In this document: positions 31,167 through 41,681 of the stretch, in pieces
Layout of the letters: the number at the start of each line of letters is the position of its first letter
How positions within the stretch are numbered: position 1 is the stretch's first letter
Assembly (NCBI RefSeq): GCF_004765795.1
Contig: NZ_SBIV01000002.1
Location: 248,001 to 312,000, forward strand
Source of the DNA: Halorussus marinus
GTDB lineage: Archaea > Halobacteriota > Halobacteria > Halobacteriales > Haladaptataceae
DNA: 64,000 nt
Reading direction: 5' to 3'
Translations under genes and position numbers: made by a program
Notes under the pieces: generated by a model
What the model was told of the DNA's origin: nothing
The model's input: the letters and a program-made list of their open reading frames with translations, nothing else
The model's database searches: none

Positions 31167-31880
31167 GTGACGTTCAGCATCTGCGTCCGAGAGGAGTACG
31201 AAGACGAGTCCGGCGACGACCAGACCCGGTTCGGTGTCGCGGTGACGACCCGACTCCCGGCGGTCGGCACCCTCTGTCCGTTCGCCAGCGAGAACGGGGC
31301 GGTCGCCACCCAGAGCCTTGTCAACATCGAACTCGGACGGAAGGGCGTCGAGTACCTCGACGACGGGCTCGGGGTCGAAGACGCGCTCCAGTCGCTTTTG
31401 AACGCCGACGACGGCGCGGCCCAGCGCCAGCTCCACGGGGTCGACGCCGAGGGCACCTTCGCGTTCTCCGGCGACGAGTCCAAAGACTGGTACGGCCACC
31501 TCGAGGGTGAGGGGTTCACGGTCGCGGGAAACCTCCTGACCGGCGAGTCGGTGGTCGAGGAAACCGCCGACGCCTACCGCGACTCCCGGGGCGGCGACGC
31601 CCCGCTCGCCGAGCGACTCGTCGACGCGCTCGCCGCGGGCCACGCCGAAGGCGGCGACAAGCGCGAGGAGCTTCGGGTCCAGAGCGCGGCGCTGATCGTC
31701 GAGACGACCGAAGACCGCGAGATGGAGCCGTACTACCACGATCTGCGGGTCGACGCGACCGAGACGCCGGTCGCGGACCTCCGTGAGACCTACGAACTCG
31801 CAAAGGAGGGCTTCGAGGCGGCGGTCGAACGCTACGAGGAGGCCTTCGAGGACGACGAACTCGACGACGTCGACGAGTAA
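31167..31880 (+). CDS. DUF1028 family Ntn-hydrolase-like protein
   Basis: (M)TFSI start, GAVATQS, AGNLL, GGDKR..QSAAL, DLRVD. Confidence 0.85.
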   Translation: MTFSICVREEYEDESGDDQTRFGVAVTTRLPAVGTLCPFASENGAVATQSLVNIELGRKGVEYLDDGLGVEDALQSLLNADDGAAQRQLHGVDAEGTFAFSGDESKDWYGHLEGEGFTVAGNLLTGESVVEETADAYRDSRGGDAPLAERLVDALAAGHAEGGDKREELRVQSAALIVETTEDREMEPYYHDLRVDATETPVADLRETYELAKEGFEAAVERYEEAFEDDELDDVDE

Positions 31881-31905
31881 CGGGGCGCGGATCGAGCGAT
31901 CGCAC

Positions 31906-32436
31906 TCAGACGGTGAACTCGTAGAGGTCGTCGCCGACGTGGTGGATCGACTCGACGACCTTCCCGGAGTCGCCGACCATCTCCTCGCCGTCGGTCTTCG
32001 CCCGACCCACCGCCAGCACCTTGCCGTGAGACTCCTCGGCGATCGCGACGAGGTCGCCGGGTTCGATGTCCGGGTCGGCCTCCACGATGCCGGGCCGCAT
32101 CACGTCGGCGCCGTCGCTGACGAACGACACCGCGCCCGCGTCGACCGTGACGACGTGGGTCTCGGGCGGGTAGTCGTTCGCGCCGCGGACGGTCAGGAAG
32201 GGTTCGTCGTCTCGCGGACTCTGTCCGCTCGACTCTTCGGCGGAGCCTTGCTCCGCGCTCTCGACGTACAGGACGGCGGGCTCGCCGTCGACAAGCACGA
32301 GGTCGAACGCCGAATCCTCTAGCTCCACGAGTTCGTAGCTGTCGGCGTCGAGGTCGACGCCGAGGTTCGCCGCCAGTTCGTCTTCGACTTCCCGCACCTC
32401 GTCGCTCCGGAGGTGGTGACGAGACTTGACCTGCAT
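31906..32436 (-). CDS. PUA-domain RNA-binding protein (Tma20/MCT-1-like)
   Basis: VTVDAGAVSFVSDGADVMRPGI, HHVGDDLY; carries an apparent internal insertion. Confidence 0.9.
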   Translation of the reverse strand: MQVKSRHHLRSDEVREVEDELAANLGVDLDADSYELVELEDSAFDLVLVDGEPAVLYVESAEQGSAEESSGQSPRDDEPFLTVRGANDYPPETHVVTVDAGAVSFVSDGADVMRPGIVEADPDIEPGDLVAIAEESHGKVLAVGRAKTDGEEMVGDSGKVVESIHHVGDDLYEFTV

Positions 32437-32522
32437 ACCCGGACGTGCGTCGCTTCGGGGCTTAATACCCCCGCCTTCGCGGCGGGGATAAGCGTAAGAA
32501 CCCGCCGCGCATACTCCACCGT

Positions 32523-32819
32523 ATGAAGGCAAAGCGTGAGTACCGGGACCGCGCGGACGTCGAGGTTGCGGTGCTCGACGCGCTCGTCGACCGGAACGAC
32601 GACGGGATGACGGTGTTCGAGCTCCGGTCGCACGTCGACGTCGGGATCGACGAACTCGAAACCGCGCTCGCCAACCTCAAAGAGGACGGACTCATCGACG
32701 CCAACGCGGCCGACCAGCGCACGCTCATCACCCCCGACGACCGCGTGATCCCGGATCCCGAAGAGGAGGCCGACGAGCCGTCGTTCGTCGACCGCGTCAT
32801 CGAGCGCCTGCCGCTGTGA
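32523..32819 (+). CDS. Small winged-helix-like haloarchaeal protein (DUF6432-like)
   Basis: GMTVFELRSHVDVGIDELETALANLKEDGLI wHTH-like pattern. Confidence 0.7.
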   Translation: MKAKREYRDRADVEVAVLDALVDRNDDGMTVFELRSHVDVGIDELETALANLKEDGLIDANAADQRTLITPDDRVIPDPEEEADEPSFVDRVIERLPL

Positions 32820-32831
32820 GAACGGAGAGAC

Positions 32832-33224
32832 CTACTGGACGTCGATGTCCGCGGACTCGTCGGACTTCTCGAAGCTGACTTCGAGCACGCCGTTGTTGTA
32901 GGTCGCGCTCGCGGAGTGCTCGTCGACCTGTGCCGGGAGCCGGACCCGCTCGTCGTACTCGCGGTGGTCGCTCGCGGCGCCGATCGTCAGGGTCTCGCCG
33001 TCGCACTGGAGGTCGATGTCCGACTTCTCGACGCCGGGCAGGTCGGCGATGACTCGGACGGCGTCGTCGGTCTCGTGGATGTCGACGTGGGTCTCGGTGC
33101 CGAACCCGGTGGGCCCGTTGCGCTCGACTTCCATGTCGAACTCCCCGCCCATCATCTCGTTCATCACGCGCTCTATTTCACGAAAGAGATCGTCGAAGGG
33201 ATCGTCGCGGTCGTCTCGTCGCAT
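32832..33224 (-). CDS. Hsp20/alpha-crystallin small heat shock protein
   Basis: ADLPGVEKSDI, ATYNNGVLEV. Confidence 0.92.
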   Translation of the reverse strand: MRRDDRDDPFDDLFREIERVMNEMMGGEFDMEVERNGPTGFGTETHVDIHETDDAVRVIADLPGVEKSDIDLQCDGETLTIGAASDHREYDERVRLPAQVDEHSASATYNNGVLEVSFEKSDESADIDVQ

Positions 33225-33287
33225 GCCAAGAGGTAGGGAGTAATCGGGCAAAAGCCTTTGGCACCCGGGGGAAATCGCGCCGGGCGC

Positions 33288-34301
33288 TCAGATCCCCATA
33301 CCGAGCGCGTCGTCGGTCGTCGCGACGCTCTCGGCGGCGTCGGCGGCGTTCGCGACCGCCCGGATCGCGTCGACGTTCTCGGGCACCACGTCGCTCTCCT
33401 GGTGGATCGCCTGAAACAGATAGAGGTCCGATCCCTCGGTCGTCACCGACTCGCCCCAGACGCAGTTCTCCCAGATGTCCCCGCGCGGCCGGCCGGCGTC
33501 CTGCGCGTACTCTTTGAGCGCGCCGGCTCCGTCGATGTCGAAGCGCTCGGGGATGACGAACAGTCGCGACTCGTCGGCGAGCAGGTCGCGGACCGCCGCG
33601 GCGTCGGGTTCGGCTTCGAGCGTGACGTTGACGCTGTGCATGTGCATCAGCGTCGCGGGCACCTTCAGCCCGAGCGTGTCGATGGCGAGGTCGGGGAAGA
33701 TGGTCTGGACGTCCGGCCCGTGGTGGGAGGGGAGCGTGACGGGGTCGGGCAGGATGTCGTTGATGGGACCCCGCGAGGACTGGGCGGGATCGCCGCCCCG
33801 CCGGACCAGCGTCGCCCGGACTTTCTCGACGCCGTACTCCTCGCCGAGCGGCGCGATCAGCCGCGAGAGGCCGGTTGTGTTACACGAGACCACCCGGACG
33901 TGGTCGGCGTCGACGGCGTCCGCGAAGTTCGACCGGGCGTTGAAGCTGGTGTCGACGAATTCGGCGGACTCGCCGCCCTGATACAGCGCGGGGGTGTCGT
34001 GCTCGGCGTAGAGTTCGCTGTTCTGCTCGCCGACGCCCGAGGGGCAGGCGTCGACGATCACGTCGCTTTCCTCGACCAACTCTTCGACCATCCCCGCGAG
34101 CTCGATCCCCGCGTCGTCGAACAGCTCGACGCGGTCCTCGATCGCGGCGTAGAGGGGGTAGTCCTTCGCGACCGCGCGCTCGGCCTCGAAGTTGGGTCGC
34201 GTCTTGGCGACCCCGACGACCTCCATGTCGGGCTGTGCGCGCACCGCGTCCGCCACGCGCTTGCCGATGGTGCCGTAACCGTTGATTCCGACCCGTAACA
34301 T
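33288..34301 (-). CDS. gap: Type II (archaeal) glyceraldehyde-3-phosphate dehydrogenase
   Basis: [40 protein letters not shown]. Confidence 0.95.
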   Translation of the reverse strand: MLRVGINGYGTIGKRVADAVRAQPDMEVVGVAKTRPNFEAERAVAKDYPLYAAIEDRVELFDDAGIELAGMVEELVEESDVIVDACPSGVGEQNSELYAEHDTPALYQGGESAEFVDTSFNARSNFADAVDADHVRVVSCNTTGLSRLIAPLGEEYGVEKVRATLVRRGGDPAQSSRGPINDILPDPVTLPSHHGPDVQTIFPDLAIDTLGLKVPATLMHMHSVNVTLEAEPDAAAVRDLLADESRLFVIPERFDIDGAGALKEYAQDAGRPRGDIWENCVWGESVTTEGSDLYLFQAIHQESDVVPENVDAIRAVANAADAAESVATTDDALGMGI

Positions 34302-34421
34302 GTACCCGAACGTCCGACGGTCTCGCGCATAATGGTTTCGGGGTTCGTCGAGGGAAAGTAACTCTCCTCCGAGTAAGTGTGGAGGGGAAAGCCTAACCGC
34401 GGCCCCGCCCACAGGGCGACC

Positions 34422-35360
34422 ATGAGCCTCCGCGACGCGGCCGAAACCGCGCTCACGCAGTGTCTCGCGCTCGAGGAGACCGAATCCTGTTGTATCGTGA
34501 CCGACGACGAGCGCCGCCCGATCGGCGAGGCGCTCTACGAGGTCGCCAGCCAGATCAGTTCGGACGCGACCGTCGTCCGGTACCCACCGGGCGACTCTCA
34601 CGGCGCCGAACCGCCCGAACCCGTCGCGGCCGCGATGGCGGGGGCCGACGTGTTCCTCGCGCCGACCACCAAGAGCCTGAGCCACACCCGCGCCCGCGGC
34701 GACGCGAACGACGCCGGCGCGCGCGGGGCGACCCTGCCGGGCATCACCGAGGACGTGTTCACGACGGGGCTGGACGCCGACTACGAGGCCATCGCCGCCC
34801 ACTGCGAGGCCGTGCTCGAACAGGTCGCGGACGCCGACGAGATCCGGGTCACCTCGCCGCAGGGAACCGACATCACCTTCGAGCCCGGCGACCGCGAGTG
34901 GCACGACGACACCGGCATCGTCCACGCCGACGGCGAGTTCTCGAATCTCCCGGCGGGCGAGGTGTTCGTGAGCCCCGAGGACGCTGAGGGCACCTACGTC
35001 GTCGACGGGACGATGATGCCCCACGGCCTGCTCGACGAGGGCCAACACCTCGAATTCGAGGTCGAGGACGGCTACGTCACCGACATCTCGGACGACGAGA
35101 TCCGCGGGCAGGTCGAGGACGCCGCCGAGGACGTCGGCGACGCGGCGTACAACCTCGCCGAACTCGGTATCGGCACCAACGTCGCGGTCACCGAACTGGT
35201 CGGGTCGGTCCTGCTCGACGAGAAGGCCGGCGGCACCGTCCACGTCGCGATCGGCGACGACGCCGGCATCGGCGGCGACACCGACGCCCCGATCCACTTC
35301 GACGGCATCCTCAGGGAGCCGACCGTGTACGCCGACGGGGAGGTCGTAGATCTCCCATGA
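34422..35360 (+). CDS. Aminopeptidase (M29/thermophilic metalloprotease-like)
   Basis: [33 protein letters not shown]. Confidence 0.9.
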   Translation: MSLRDAAETALTQCLALEETESCCIVTDDERRPIGEALYEVASQISSDATVVRYPPGDSHGAEPPEPVAAAMAGADVFLAPTTKSLSHTRARGDANDAGARGATLPGITEDVFTTGLDADYEAIAAHCEAVLEQVADADEIRVTSPQGTDITFEPGDREWHDDTGIVHADGEFSNLPAGEVFVSPEDAEGTYVVDGTMMPHGLLDEGQHLEFEVEDGYVTDISDDEIRGQVEDAAEDVGDAAYNLAELGIGTNVAVTELVGSVLLDEKAGGTVHVAIGDDAGIGGDTDAPIHFDGILREPTVYADGEVVDLP

Positions 35361-35415
35361 ATCGAGCGGTGGAACCGCGAGACGGGGAGGTCGTAGACCC
35401 GCCCCAGCCCGAGTG

Positions 35416-35754
35416 ATGGAACGGGAAGTCGACGGCCACACCGTCCGGGGAGTCGACGTCGACCCCGAGACCCGGTGTGCCCACTACGACACCGACCGCG
35501 ACGTGGTGGCGCTTCGGTTCGCCTGCTGTGACGCCTACTACCCGTGTTTCCGGTGTCACGAGGCGCTCGTGGACCACGACCCCGAACGGCTGTCGGTCGC
35601 CGAGTCGGCGCCCGCGGTGCTGTGTGGGTCCTGCGGCGCGACCCTCCCGCCCCGCGAGTTCGTCGACGGCGACCACTCGTGTCCCGACTGCGGGGCCGCG
35701 TTCAACCCCGGGTGCGCGGCTCACTACGACCGCTACTTCGCGTTCGAGGCGTAG
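35416..35754 (+). CDS. CHY zinc finger protein
   Basis: [36 protein letters not shown]. Confidence 0.9.
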   Translation: MEREVDGHTVRGVDVDPETRCAHYDTDRDVVALRFACCDAYYPCFRCHEALVDHDPERLSVAESAPAVLCGSCGATLPPREFVDGDHSCPDCGAAFNPGCAAHYDRYFAFEA

Positions 35755-35826
35755 CGGGGCCGCGCCGTCGAACCGCCCGGCGGCGGAGACGGGGAGCTTT
35801 TCCCGGCCTCGGCCCCTACGAGACGT

Positions 35827-36414
35827 ATGACCGACGACGGGCGTTACCGCGTGCTCGCCGTCCCCGAGGCCGGGACGGTGCGATTGCTGGATCTGGAGAC
35901 GTACGAACCGATCGTGACCGCCGGCGAGGGCCACGACGCGCCCGTCGAGGACCTCCGACCCGGCTACCTCGTCGACGCGAGCCTCGACTGGTCGGACCCG
36001 GAGCCGACGGTGGCGACGCTGTCGGTCCGCCGGCCGACCCGCTACGCGTTCGCCGACGGGATCGAGCCGGTGTTCGACGTCGCGGCCGACGCGTGGGACG
36101 AGGCGCGGGCGGCCGGCGACTCGATGAACAGCCGCGTGACCCGCAACACCGACAGCGAGGTCAACGGCGTCCTCTACGTGTTCGCCGAGGACGGCACCAC
36201 CTTCGAGTCGTTCCGCGACGGCACCCGGCCGCTCGAACCGCTGATCGAGAAGGTCAACGAAAGCGAGGGGTCGGCGCCCCGCGAGGTGTTCGTGCTCAGA
36301 CCCGCCGGCGGGGAGTTCGTGATCGTCACGATCGCGCTCCGGAAGGACGGGCAGTTCGCCGAGACGCTCCGAGACACCTACGATCGGCCGGCGCCGTCCG
36401 AACCGCTGGCGTAG
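35827..36414 (+). CDS. Conserved haloarchaeal hypothetical protein
   Basis: Acidic ORF with host-like codon usage; LRPGYLVDASL motif. Confidence 0.7.
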   Translation: MTDDGRYRVLAVPEAGTVRLLDLETYEPIVTAGEGHDAPVEDLRPGYLVDASLDWSDPEPTVATLSVRRPTRYAFADGIEPVFDVAADAWDEARAAGDSMNSRVTRNTDSEVNGVLYVFAEDGTTFESFRDGTRPLEPLIEKVNESEGSAPREVFVLRPAGGEFVIVTIALRKDGQFAETLRDTYDRPAPSEPLA

Positions 36415-36467
36415 GCGGCGAGATCGGCGGGTCGGCGAACCTCAAGCCGCCGCTGACGGCGAGGGGG

Positions 36468-37472
36468 CTACGCCGTTCGCTCGACCGCCGGGCGGTGTTC
36501 GTCGAACGCCGCCTCGACGCCGGCCCAGTCGAGCGGGGGTTCGAGGCCCTCGGTCGCGTCCTCGAAGGCGTCGAGTCGGTCGCCAAAGCGGTCGCTCCAC
36601 GACTCGCGGGCGAGGCCGTCGAGCCGACCGCGGAGATCGGTCAGGCGGCCGTCGGTGCGGTCGAGTCGGTCGCCGAGGTCGTCGAGGTCGGTCTCGGGCG
36701 CCGGGCCGGGCGCGTCGTCGCCGGCCTCGAGGTCGGCCCACGCCCGGAGATCAGCGAGTTCGGCCCGCACGTCCGCGAGCAGAAGCTCCGCCACCCGCGT
36801 CCGGAGCGTCGCGTCGGCCCAGACGGCCCCGTCCGGGGTGGAATCGGCGCCCGCCTCCGCGGACGCCGACCCCACGTCGTCGACCGCGGCCGACAGGTCG
36901 TCCAGCGTGGCCTCGATCGTCTCGACGTCCGTTTCGAGCTCGCGGACCCGAACCGACGGGGTCGAGAGCCACCGCTGGAACGATTCGAGGTCGAGCTTGA
37001 GCTGGTCGGCGGCCCGCTGGGCGCGGGTGGCGTCGCCGGTGAGTCGTCGGATCTCGGCCGCCGTCTCGTAGAGACCGGCGTCCGCGCCGTCGGGGCCGAC
37101 CAGCGTGTCGAGCCGATCGCCGAGTTCGGCCGTCCGGTCCTCGACGGACGCGAGTCGCGCCTCGAACGCGTCGAGCCGGGTCCCGACGCTGTCGAGGTCG
37201 GTGACCGGCTCGGCCGCGTCCCGGGCGTCTCCGAGCGCGATCGCCGCCATCTCGACCCGCGTTTCGGGCGTCGAGACGACTTTCGACGCGTGAGCGAGCG
37301 CCGCCTCGACCCCCTCGCGGGTCACGACGCCGTCGGTGGCCACGCGTTCGAGCGCCGCCCGCACCGCCTCGGGGTCGCGGCCGTCCTCACGCCGGACGAT
37401 CGCCGTGACCGCGTCGTCGACCGATCGGCCTTCGATCGACTCGCCCGTCCCTCGACCGTCGTCGGTGTGCAT
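36468..37472 (-). CDS. Acidic coiled-coil hypothetical protein
   Basis: Heptad-rich helical ORF; SKVVSTPETRVE motif; no MA signature. Confidence 0.65.
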   Translation of the reverse strand: MHTDDGRGTGESIEGRSVDDAVTAIVRREDGRDPEAVRAALERVATDGVVTREGVEAALAHASKVVSTPETRVEMAAIALGDARDAAEPVTDLDSVGTRLDAFEARLASVEDRTAELGDRLDTLVGPDGADAGLYETAAEIRRLTGDATRAQRAADQLKLDLESFQRWLSTPSVRVRELETDVETIEATLDDLSAAVDDVGSASAEAGADSTPDGAVWADATLRTRVAELLLADVRAELADLRAWADLEAGDDAPGPAPETDLDDLGDRLDRTDGRLTDLRGRLDGLARESWSDRFGDRLDAFEDATEGLEPPLDWAGVEAAFDEHRPAVERTA

Positions 37473-37494
37473 GGGCGGCAGTTTCACCGACGCC

Positions 37495-37640
37495 CCGTTA
37501 TATCTTACGTCAGTTACCTATTTACTGCTCTATAGGACAATATATCGGGACAGAGCGGGTACGTACGGCTCCGTTACCGTATGAGGAGGTCGTAGTGGTG
37601 CGTACCACGGTATTCCGCTATTATAAACGAGTTTAGTGTA
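37495..37640. promoter_or_regulatory. AT-rich divergent promoter region upstream of the pst operon
   Basis: Several TATA-like tracts (TTATAT, TATTTA, ATATAT, TTATAAA). Confidence 0.5.
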
Positions 37641-37660
37641 CTCCGGCGACGGTCCACTCG

Positions 37661-38854
37661 ATGACGGAGGACCAGCAACGATTCGGCGGCGTATCACGGC
37701 GGAAATTCCTCGCGACGTCCGGAGCCATCGGCGCCGCGGGGCTGGCCGGCTGTTCCGGGAGCCAGAGCGACGACACTTCGACGACCGCGGAGAGCGGGTC
37801 GACCGAGACCGAAGCGACCGACGACGAGGAGACCGAGCCAGAGACCGAGACCGAATCGGGCGGGATGGACACGTCGATGCTCACCGCCGAGGGGTCCTCG
37901 ACGGTGTACCCGATCTCGAACAAGGGCAGTTCCTACTGGAACTCCAACGCGCCCGCGAGCGACGGCGAGTACTGGGGGTCGAACGACGAGACCTCGGTCC
38001 CCGGATGGGACCAGATCGAGACCGACATGCGGCTCGCCGACTACTTCGCGAGCCGGTACGGCTTCGAGCCGACCGGCCAGCAGGCGACCCCGCCGTTCGC
38101 GACCAGCGTCGCGCTGAGCCACTCGGGGACCGGCTGTAAGTCGGTCCGGGACGGGCTCGTCGACATCGGCAACTCCTCGGGTCCGATCACCGCGGAACTC
38201 GGCATCAGCGACGCCAAGGCCAAAGAAGAGTACGTCGACCACGTCGTCGGTCGCGACGGCCAGCCCGTGTTCGTGAGCCAGAACATCTACGACAGCGGCG
38301 TCACCCAACTCACCGGCGAAGAGGTCCGGGGCATCTACCAGGGCGAGATCTCGAACTGGAACGAGGTCGGCGGCCCGGACCAAGAGATCTACGTGGTCGG
38401 TCGGGCCGAGGGATCGGGCACCGACACGTCGTTCCGGCTCAACATGCTCGGCGACGCCGACGCGCCGATGGACGTCGACACCCGAAAGGGCCAGAACCAG
38501 CAGGTCAAGACCGTCCTCCAGCAAAACGACAACGCCATCGGCTACATGGCGCTTGCGTTCCAGTCGGAGGGCATCAAGCCCGTCGCGATCAATTTCGAGG
38601 GAACGGTGTACAAGCCTGACAAGAGCGCGGAGAACACGATCTTCGACAGCTCGTACCCGCTCAACCGCGACCTTCACATGTACACCAAGAAGACCGACGA
38701 GACGCCGGACGGGACCGACATGCGCGAGGCGGCGTTCATCAACATGTTCCTGACCGACTTCGGCCAGCAGGTGTTCGTCGAGGGCGTCGAGTACATCCCG
38801 CTGCCCGAGAAGGACATCGAGGCCGAGAAGGCGAAGTTGCCCGACCAGCCCTGA
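37661..38854 (+). CDS. pstS: Phosphate ABC transporter substrate-binding lipoprotein
   Basis: SRRKFL...LAGC Tat lipobox; EGSSTVYP, GRAEGSGT, YPLNRDL. Confidence 0.93.
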   Translation: MTEDQQRFGGVSRRKFLATSGAIGAAGLAGCSGSQSDDTSTTAESGSTETEATDDEETEPETETESGGMDTSMLTAEGSSTVYPISNKGSSYWNSNAPASDGEYWGSNDETSVPGWDQIETDMRLADYFASRYGFEPTGQQATPPFATSVALSHSGTGCKSVRDGLVDIGNSSGPITAELGISDAKAKEEYVDHVVGRDGQPVFVSQNIYDSGVTQLTGEEVRGIYQGEISNWNEVGGPDQEIYVVGRAEGSGTDTSFRLNMLGDADAPMDVDTRKGQNQQVKTVLQQNDNAIGYMALAFQSEGIKPVAINFEGTVYKPDKSAENTIFDSSYPLNRDLHMYTKKTDETPDGTDMREAAFINMFLTDFGQQVFVEGVEYIPLPEKDIEAEKAKLPDQP

Positions 38855-38922
38855 TCGCGACCGGGGTCGGCAGTCGCCGGCTCGACCCGTCTCGAAACCA
38901 CTCCTGACACCTCTCATTCGAA

Positions 38923-40056
38923 ATGTCATCTGTAACTGACGCCGACCCTGCTGACTGGCGCGCGACGGCGCGGCGGCGGCTGACCCGAGCCCGAGATTTC
39001 GTCGACGAGACCGACCGGTCTGCGCTCGCCGCGGTCAGCATCGGCTCGCTGGCGCTGCTGGCGACGCTCGTGGGCTTTCTCACGATGTCGCCGCTGACGG
39101 TCGTCCCGTTCGCCGCGTTCGTAGTAGCGGTCGGCTACGGCTGGCTTCGGCACCAAGCACTGACCGCACACGCGGTGACCCTCGCGATGACCGCGTCGAC
39201 GATCCTCATCCTCGGGCTCATCACGGTGTACATCTTCCTCGAAGCGTGGCCCGTCTTCGAGTACGCCTCGGTCGAGGTCTTGGGCGTGAGCGTTCCGGGC
39301 CTGCGACTGTTCACCGAGACGCTGTGGAGCCCGGTGAGCGAACCGATCGGCTACTCGCTGGTTCCGATGATCCACGGTACGGTCATGGTGACCGTGATCG
39401 CGACGGCCGTGGCGGGACCGCTGGGCGTCGCGGCCGCCCTGTTCGTGAGCGAGATCGCGCCGCCGACGGTGCGCGAACTCGTCAAGCCCGGCATCGAGAT
39501 CCTCGCGGGCATCCCCTCGATCGTGTACGGCTTCATCGGGTTCACGATAATCAGCCCGTGGGCGAGCGACCAGTTCGCGCTCAACGGGCAGGGGACCTAC
39601 CTCTTCGTCGGGATGGTCGTCGGACTGATGGCGCTCCCGACGGTGGTCTCGGTCGCCGAGGACGCGCTCAACAGCGTGCCCGAGTCGATGAAGAGCGGGT
39701 CGCTCGCGCTCGGGACGACCGACTGGCAGACCATGACGACGATCACGTTCCCGGCGGCGTTCTCTGGGGTCTCGGCCGCGGTGTTGCTCGGCGTGGGTCG
39801 GGCCATCGGCGAGACGATGGCCGCCACCGTCATGCTTCGCAACAGCCCCGCGCTCCCCGAACCGCTGTACAACGCCTTCTACGGTTACGAGACGCTCACG
39901 TCGCTGATCGCGGCGCGGTACGGCACCGCTCACGGGCTCCAGTTCAACGCGCTGTTTGCGGCCGGGGTCGTGCTGTTCGTGACGGTGCTTTTCCTCAGCG
40001 TCGGTTCCCAGCTCGTCGAGAAGCGCATGCGCCGCGAGCTCGGGGGTGAGGAGTGA
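38923..40056 (+). CDS. pstC: Phosphate ABC transporter permease PstC
   Basis: [23 protein letters not shown]. Confidence 0.93.
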   Translation: MSSVTDADPADWRATARRRLTRARDFVDETDRSALAAVSIGSLALLATLVGFLTMSPLTVVPFAAFVVAVGYGWLRHQALTAHAVTLAMTASTILILGLITVYIFLEAWPVFEYASVEVLGVSVPGLRLFTETLWSPVSEPIGYSLVPMIHGTVMVTVIATAVAGPLGVAAALFVSEIAPPTVRELVKPGIEILAGIPSIVYGFIGFTIISPWASDQFALNGQGTYLFVGMVVGLMALPTVVSVAEDALNSVPESMKSGSLALGTTDWQTMTTITFPAAFSGVSAAVLLGVGRAIGETMAATVMLRNSPALPEPLYNAFYGYETLTSLIAARYGTAHGLQFNALFAAGVVLFVTVLFLSVGSQLVEKRMRRELGGEE

Positions 40057-41681
40057 TGAGCCGCGTCACCGAGAGCGCCCTGATCCGCGAGGAGACCTCG
40101 ACGCTCGAAGCGATCGCCGGGGTCGCGATCGGCCTGTGTGCACTGCTGTTCGCGCTCGCGATGGCCGCGCTGTTCGAGGTTGTCACGGTGACCGACTCCG
40201 TGGCGGGGCTCCCGATGAGCAACGTGCTGGGCGGACTGCTCGCGGTCGTCGGCGTCGTCGTCGTCGGGTTCGGCGCGGCGTCGTACCGCGGCCTCGTTCC
40301 GACGGAGCCGCGAGCGAGCGCCGGCGCGGTCGCGGCGACTGCCTTCTCGGCAATCTGGTTCGTCGTCGGCGGACTCGTCGCCTCCCAGACGCTGGGGGTC
40401 GGGCTCGCGGGCGGACTGCTCGGCGGCGGCCTGCTCGGCGGGATCGCGTTCGCGGTGACCGCGATTCCGCGCGAAGACGTCGGCTCGACCCTGCCGGCGG
40501 GCGCGCTGGCGCTCCTCGCGGGCGGAGCGTTGCTCACCGGCGTCATCGGTCCGGGCTGGTCGTGGACGCCGTTCGACCTCAACGCGACGTTCTTCCCGCC
40601 GATCGTCGTGCCGGCGGTGGTCATGTTCTGTTCGCTCCTCGGCGGGTGGGCCGCCGCGAAGGCCTACGGCGGCTTCGGCGCCCGCGGCCGCCACCTCGGC
40701 GCCTACCTCCTCGTCTATCTGAATGCCCTCGCGATCGTCGCGGTCCTCGTCGGACTGGTCGCGTTCGTCGTGTTCAAGGGCGCGCCCGGCGTGTTCGAGG
40801 GCGTCACGGTCGCGGCAGGCGCCGGCCCGTCGACGACCGTCTCGGCGTTCGGGTTCAGTCACACCGTCGTCTGGCCGGTGTCGTGGCCGTTCCTCACGAA
40901 CGGCGCGGCGCTGATGAACGACGTCGACGGCGTTCTGCCGGCCATCGTCGGCACGGTGTGGCTGGTCGTCGGCTCGGTGCTGTTCGCGGTCCCGCTGGGC
41001 GTCGGGGCGGCGGTGTTCCTGAGCGAGTACGCAGAACAGGGCCGGTTCACGCAGGTCGTCGAGATTGCGACCAACGGCCTCTGGAGTACGCCCAGCATCG
41101 TGTTCGGGCTGTTCGGCTACGCGTTCCTCCTGCCGCGGTTCGGCGGGGAGAAATCCCTGCTGTCGGGCATGCTCACGCTGGGGTTCATGTTGCTCCCGCT
41201 GGTCGTCATCACGAGCCGCGAGGCGATGCTCTCGGTGCCCGACGAGTACCGCGACGCGAGCGCCGCGCTCGGGGTCTCGAAGTGGCAGACCATCCGGAGC
41301 GTCGTGCTCCCGGCCGCGCTTCCGGGCGTCGTCACGGGCGTCATCCTCGGGGTCGGACGCATCGCGGGCGAGACCGCGCCCATCCTGCTCACGATGGCGG
41401 GCGGGACGTTCGTCCCCGGCAGTCAGACGGTCGACGTCATCGGCGGCTTCCAGTTCACGGCCTCGCCGCCGTTCGTCGCCAACCCGGCGCTACTGGAGGC
41501 CACCAGCGCGCTCCCCTACCAGGTGTACGCGCTCGTCACCGCGGGCGTCGGCGGAAGCCAACTCAACGACCCCGAGGCGTTCGCGTGGGGGACCACGCTG
41601 GTGTTGCTCGCGGTCGTGCTGTCGTTCTACGCGGTCGGCATCGTTACCAGATACTACTTCCGGAGGAAGCTACACCAATGA
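40053..41681 (+). CDS. pstA: Phosphate ABC transporter permease PstA with long N-terminal membrane extension
   Basis: [32 protein letters not shown]. Confidence 0.93.
   Translation: MMSRVTESALIREETSTLEAIAGVAIGLCALLFALAMAALFEVVTVTDSVAGLPMSNVLGGLLAVVGVVVVGFGAASYRGLVPTEPRASAGAVAATAFSAIWFVVGGLVASQTLGVGLAGGLLGGGLLGGIAFAVTAIPREDVGSTLPAGALALLAGGALLTGVIGPGWSWTPFDLNATFFPPIVVPAVVMFCSLLGGWAAAKAYGGFGARGRHLGAYLLVYLNALAIVAVLVGLVAFVVFKGAPGVFEGVTVAAGAGPSTTVSAFGFSHTVVWPVSWPFLTNGAALMNDVDGVLPAIVGTVWLVVGSVLFAVPLGVGAAVFLSEYAEQGRFTQVVEIATNGLWSTPSIVFGLFGYAFLLPRFGGEKSLLSGMLTLGFMLLPLVVITSREAMLSVPDEYRDASAALGVSKWQTIRSVVLPAALPGVVTGVILGVGRIAGETAPILLTMAGGTFVPGSQTVDVIGGFQFTASPPFVANPALLEATSALPYQVYALVTAGVGGSQLNDPEAFAWGTTLVLLAVVLSFYAVGIVTRYYFRRKLHQ

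Noticed and set aside
37790..37860. GAGACC-type tandem repeats in pstS (also 63510-63590)
   Set aside because: They encode ordinary Thr/Glu linkers of haloarchaeal lipoproteins.
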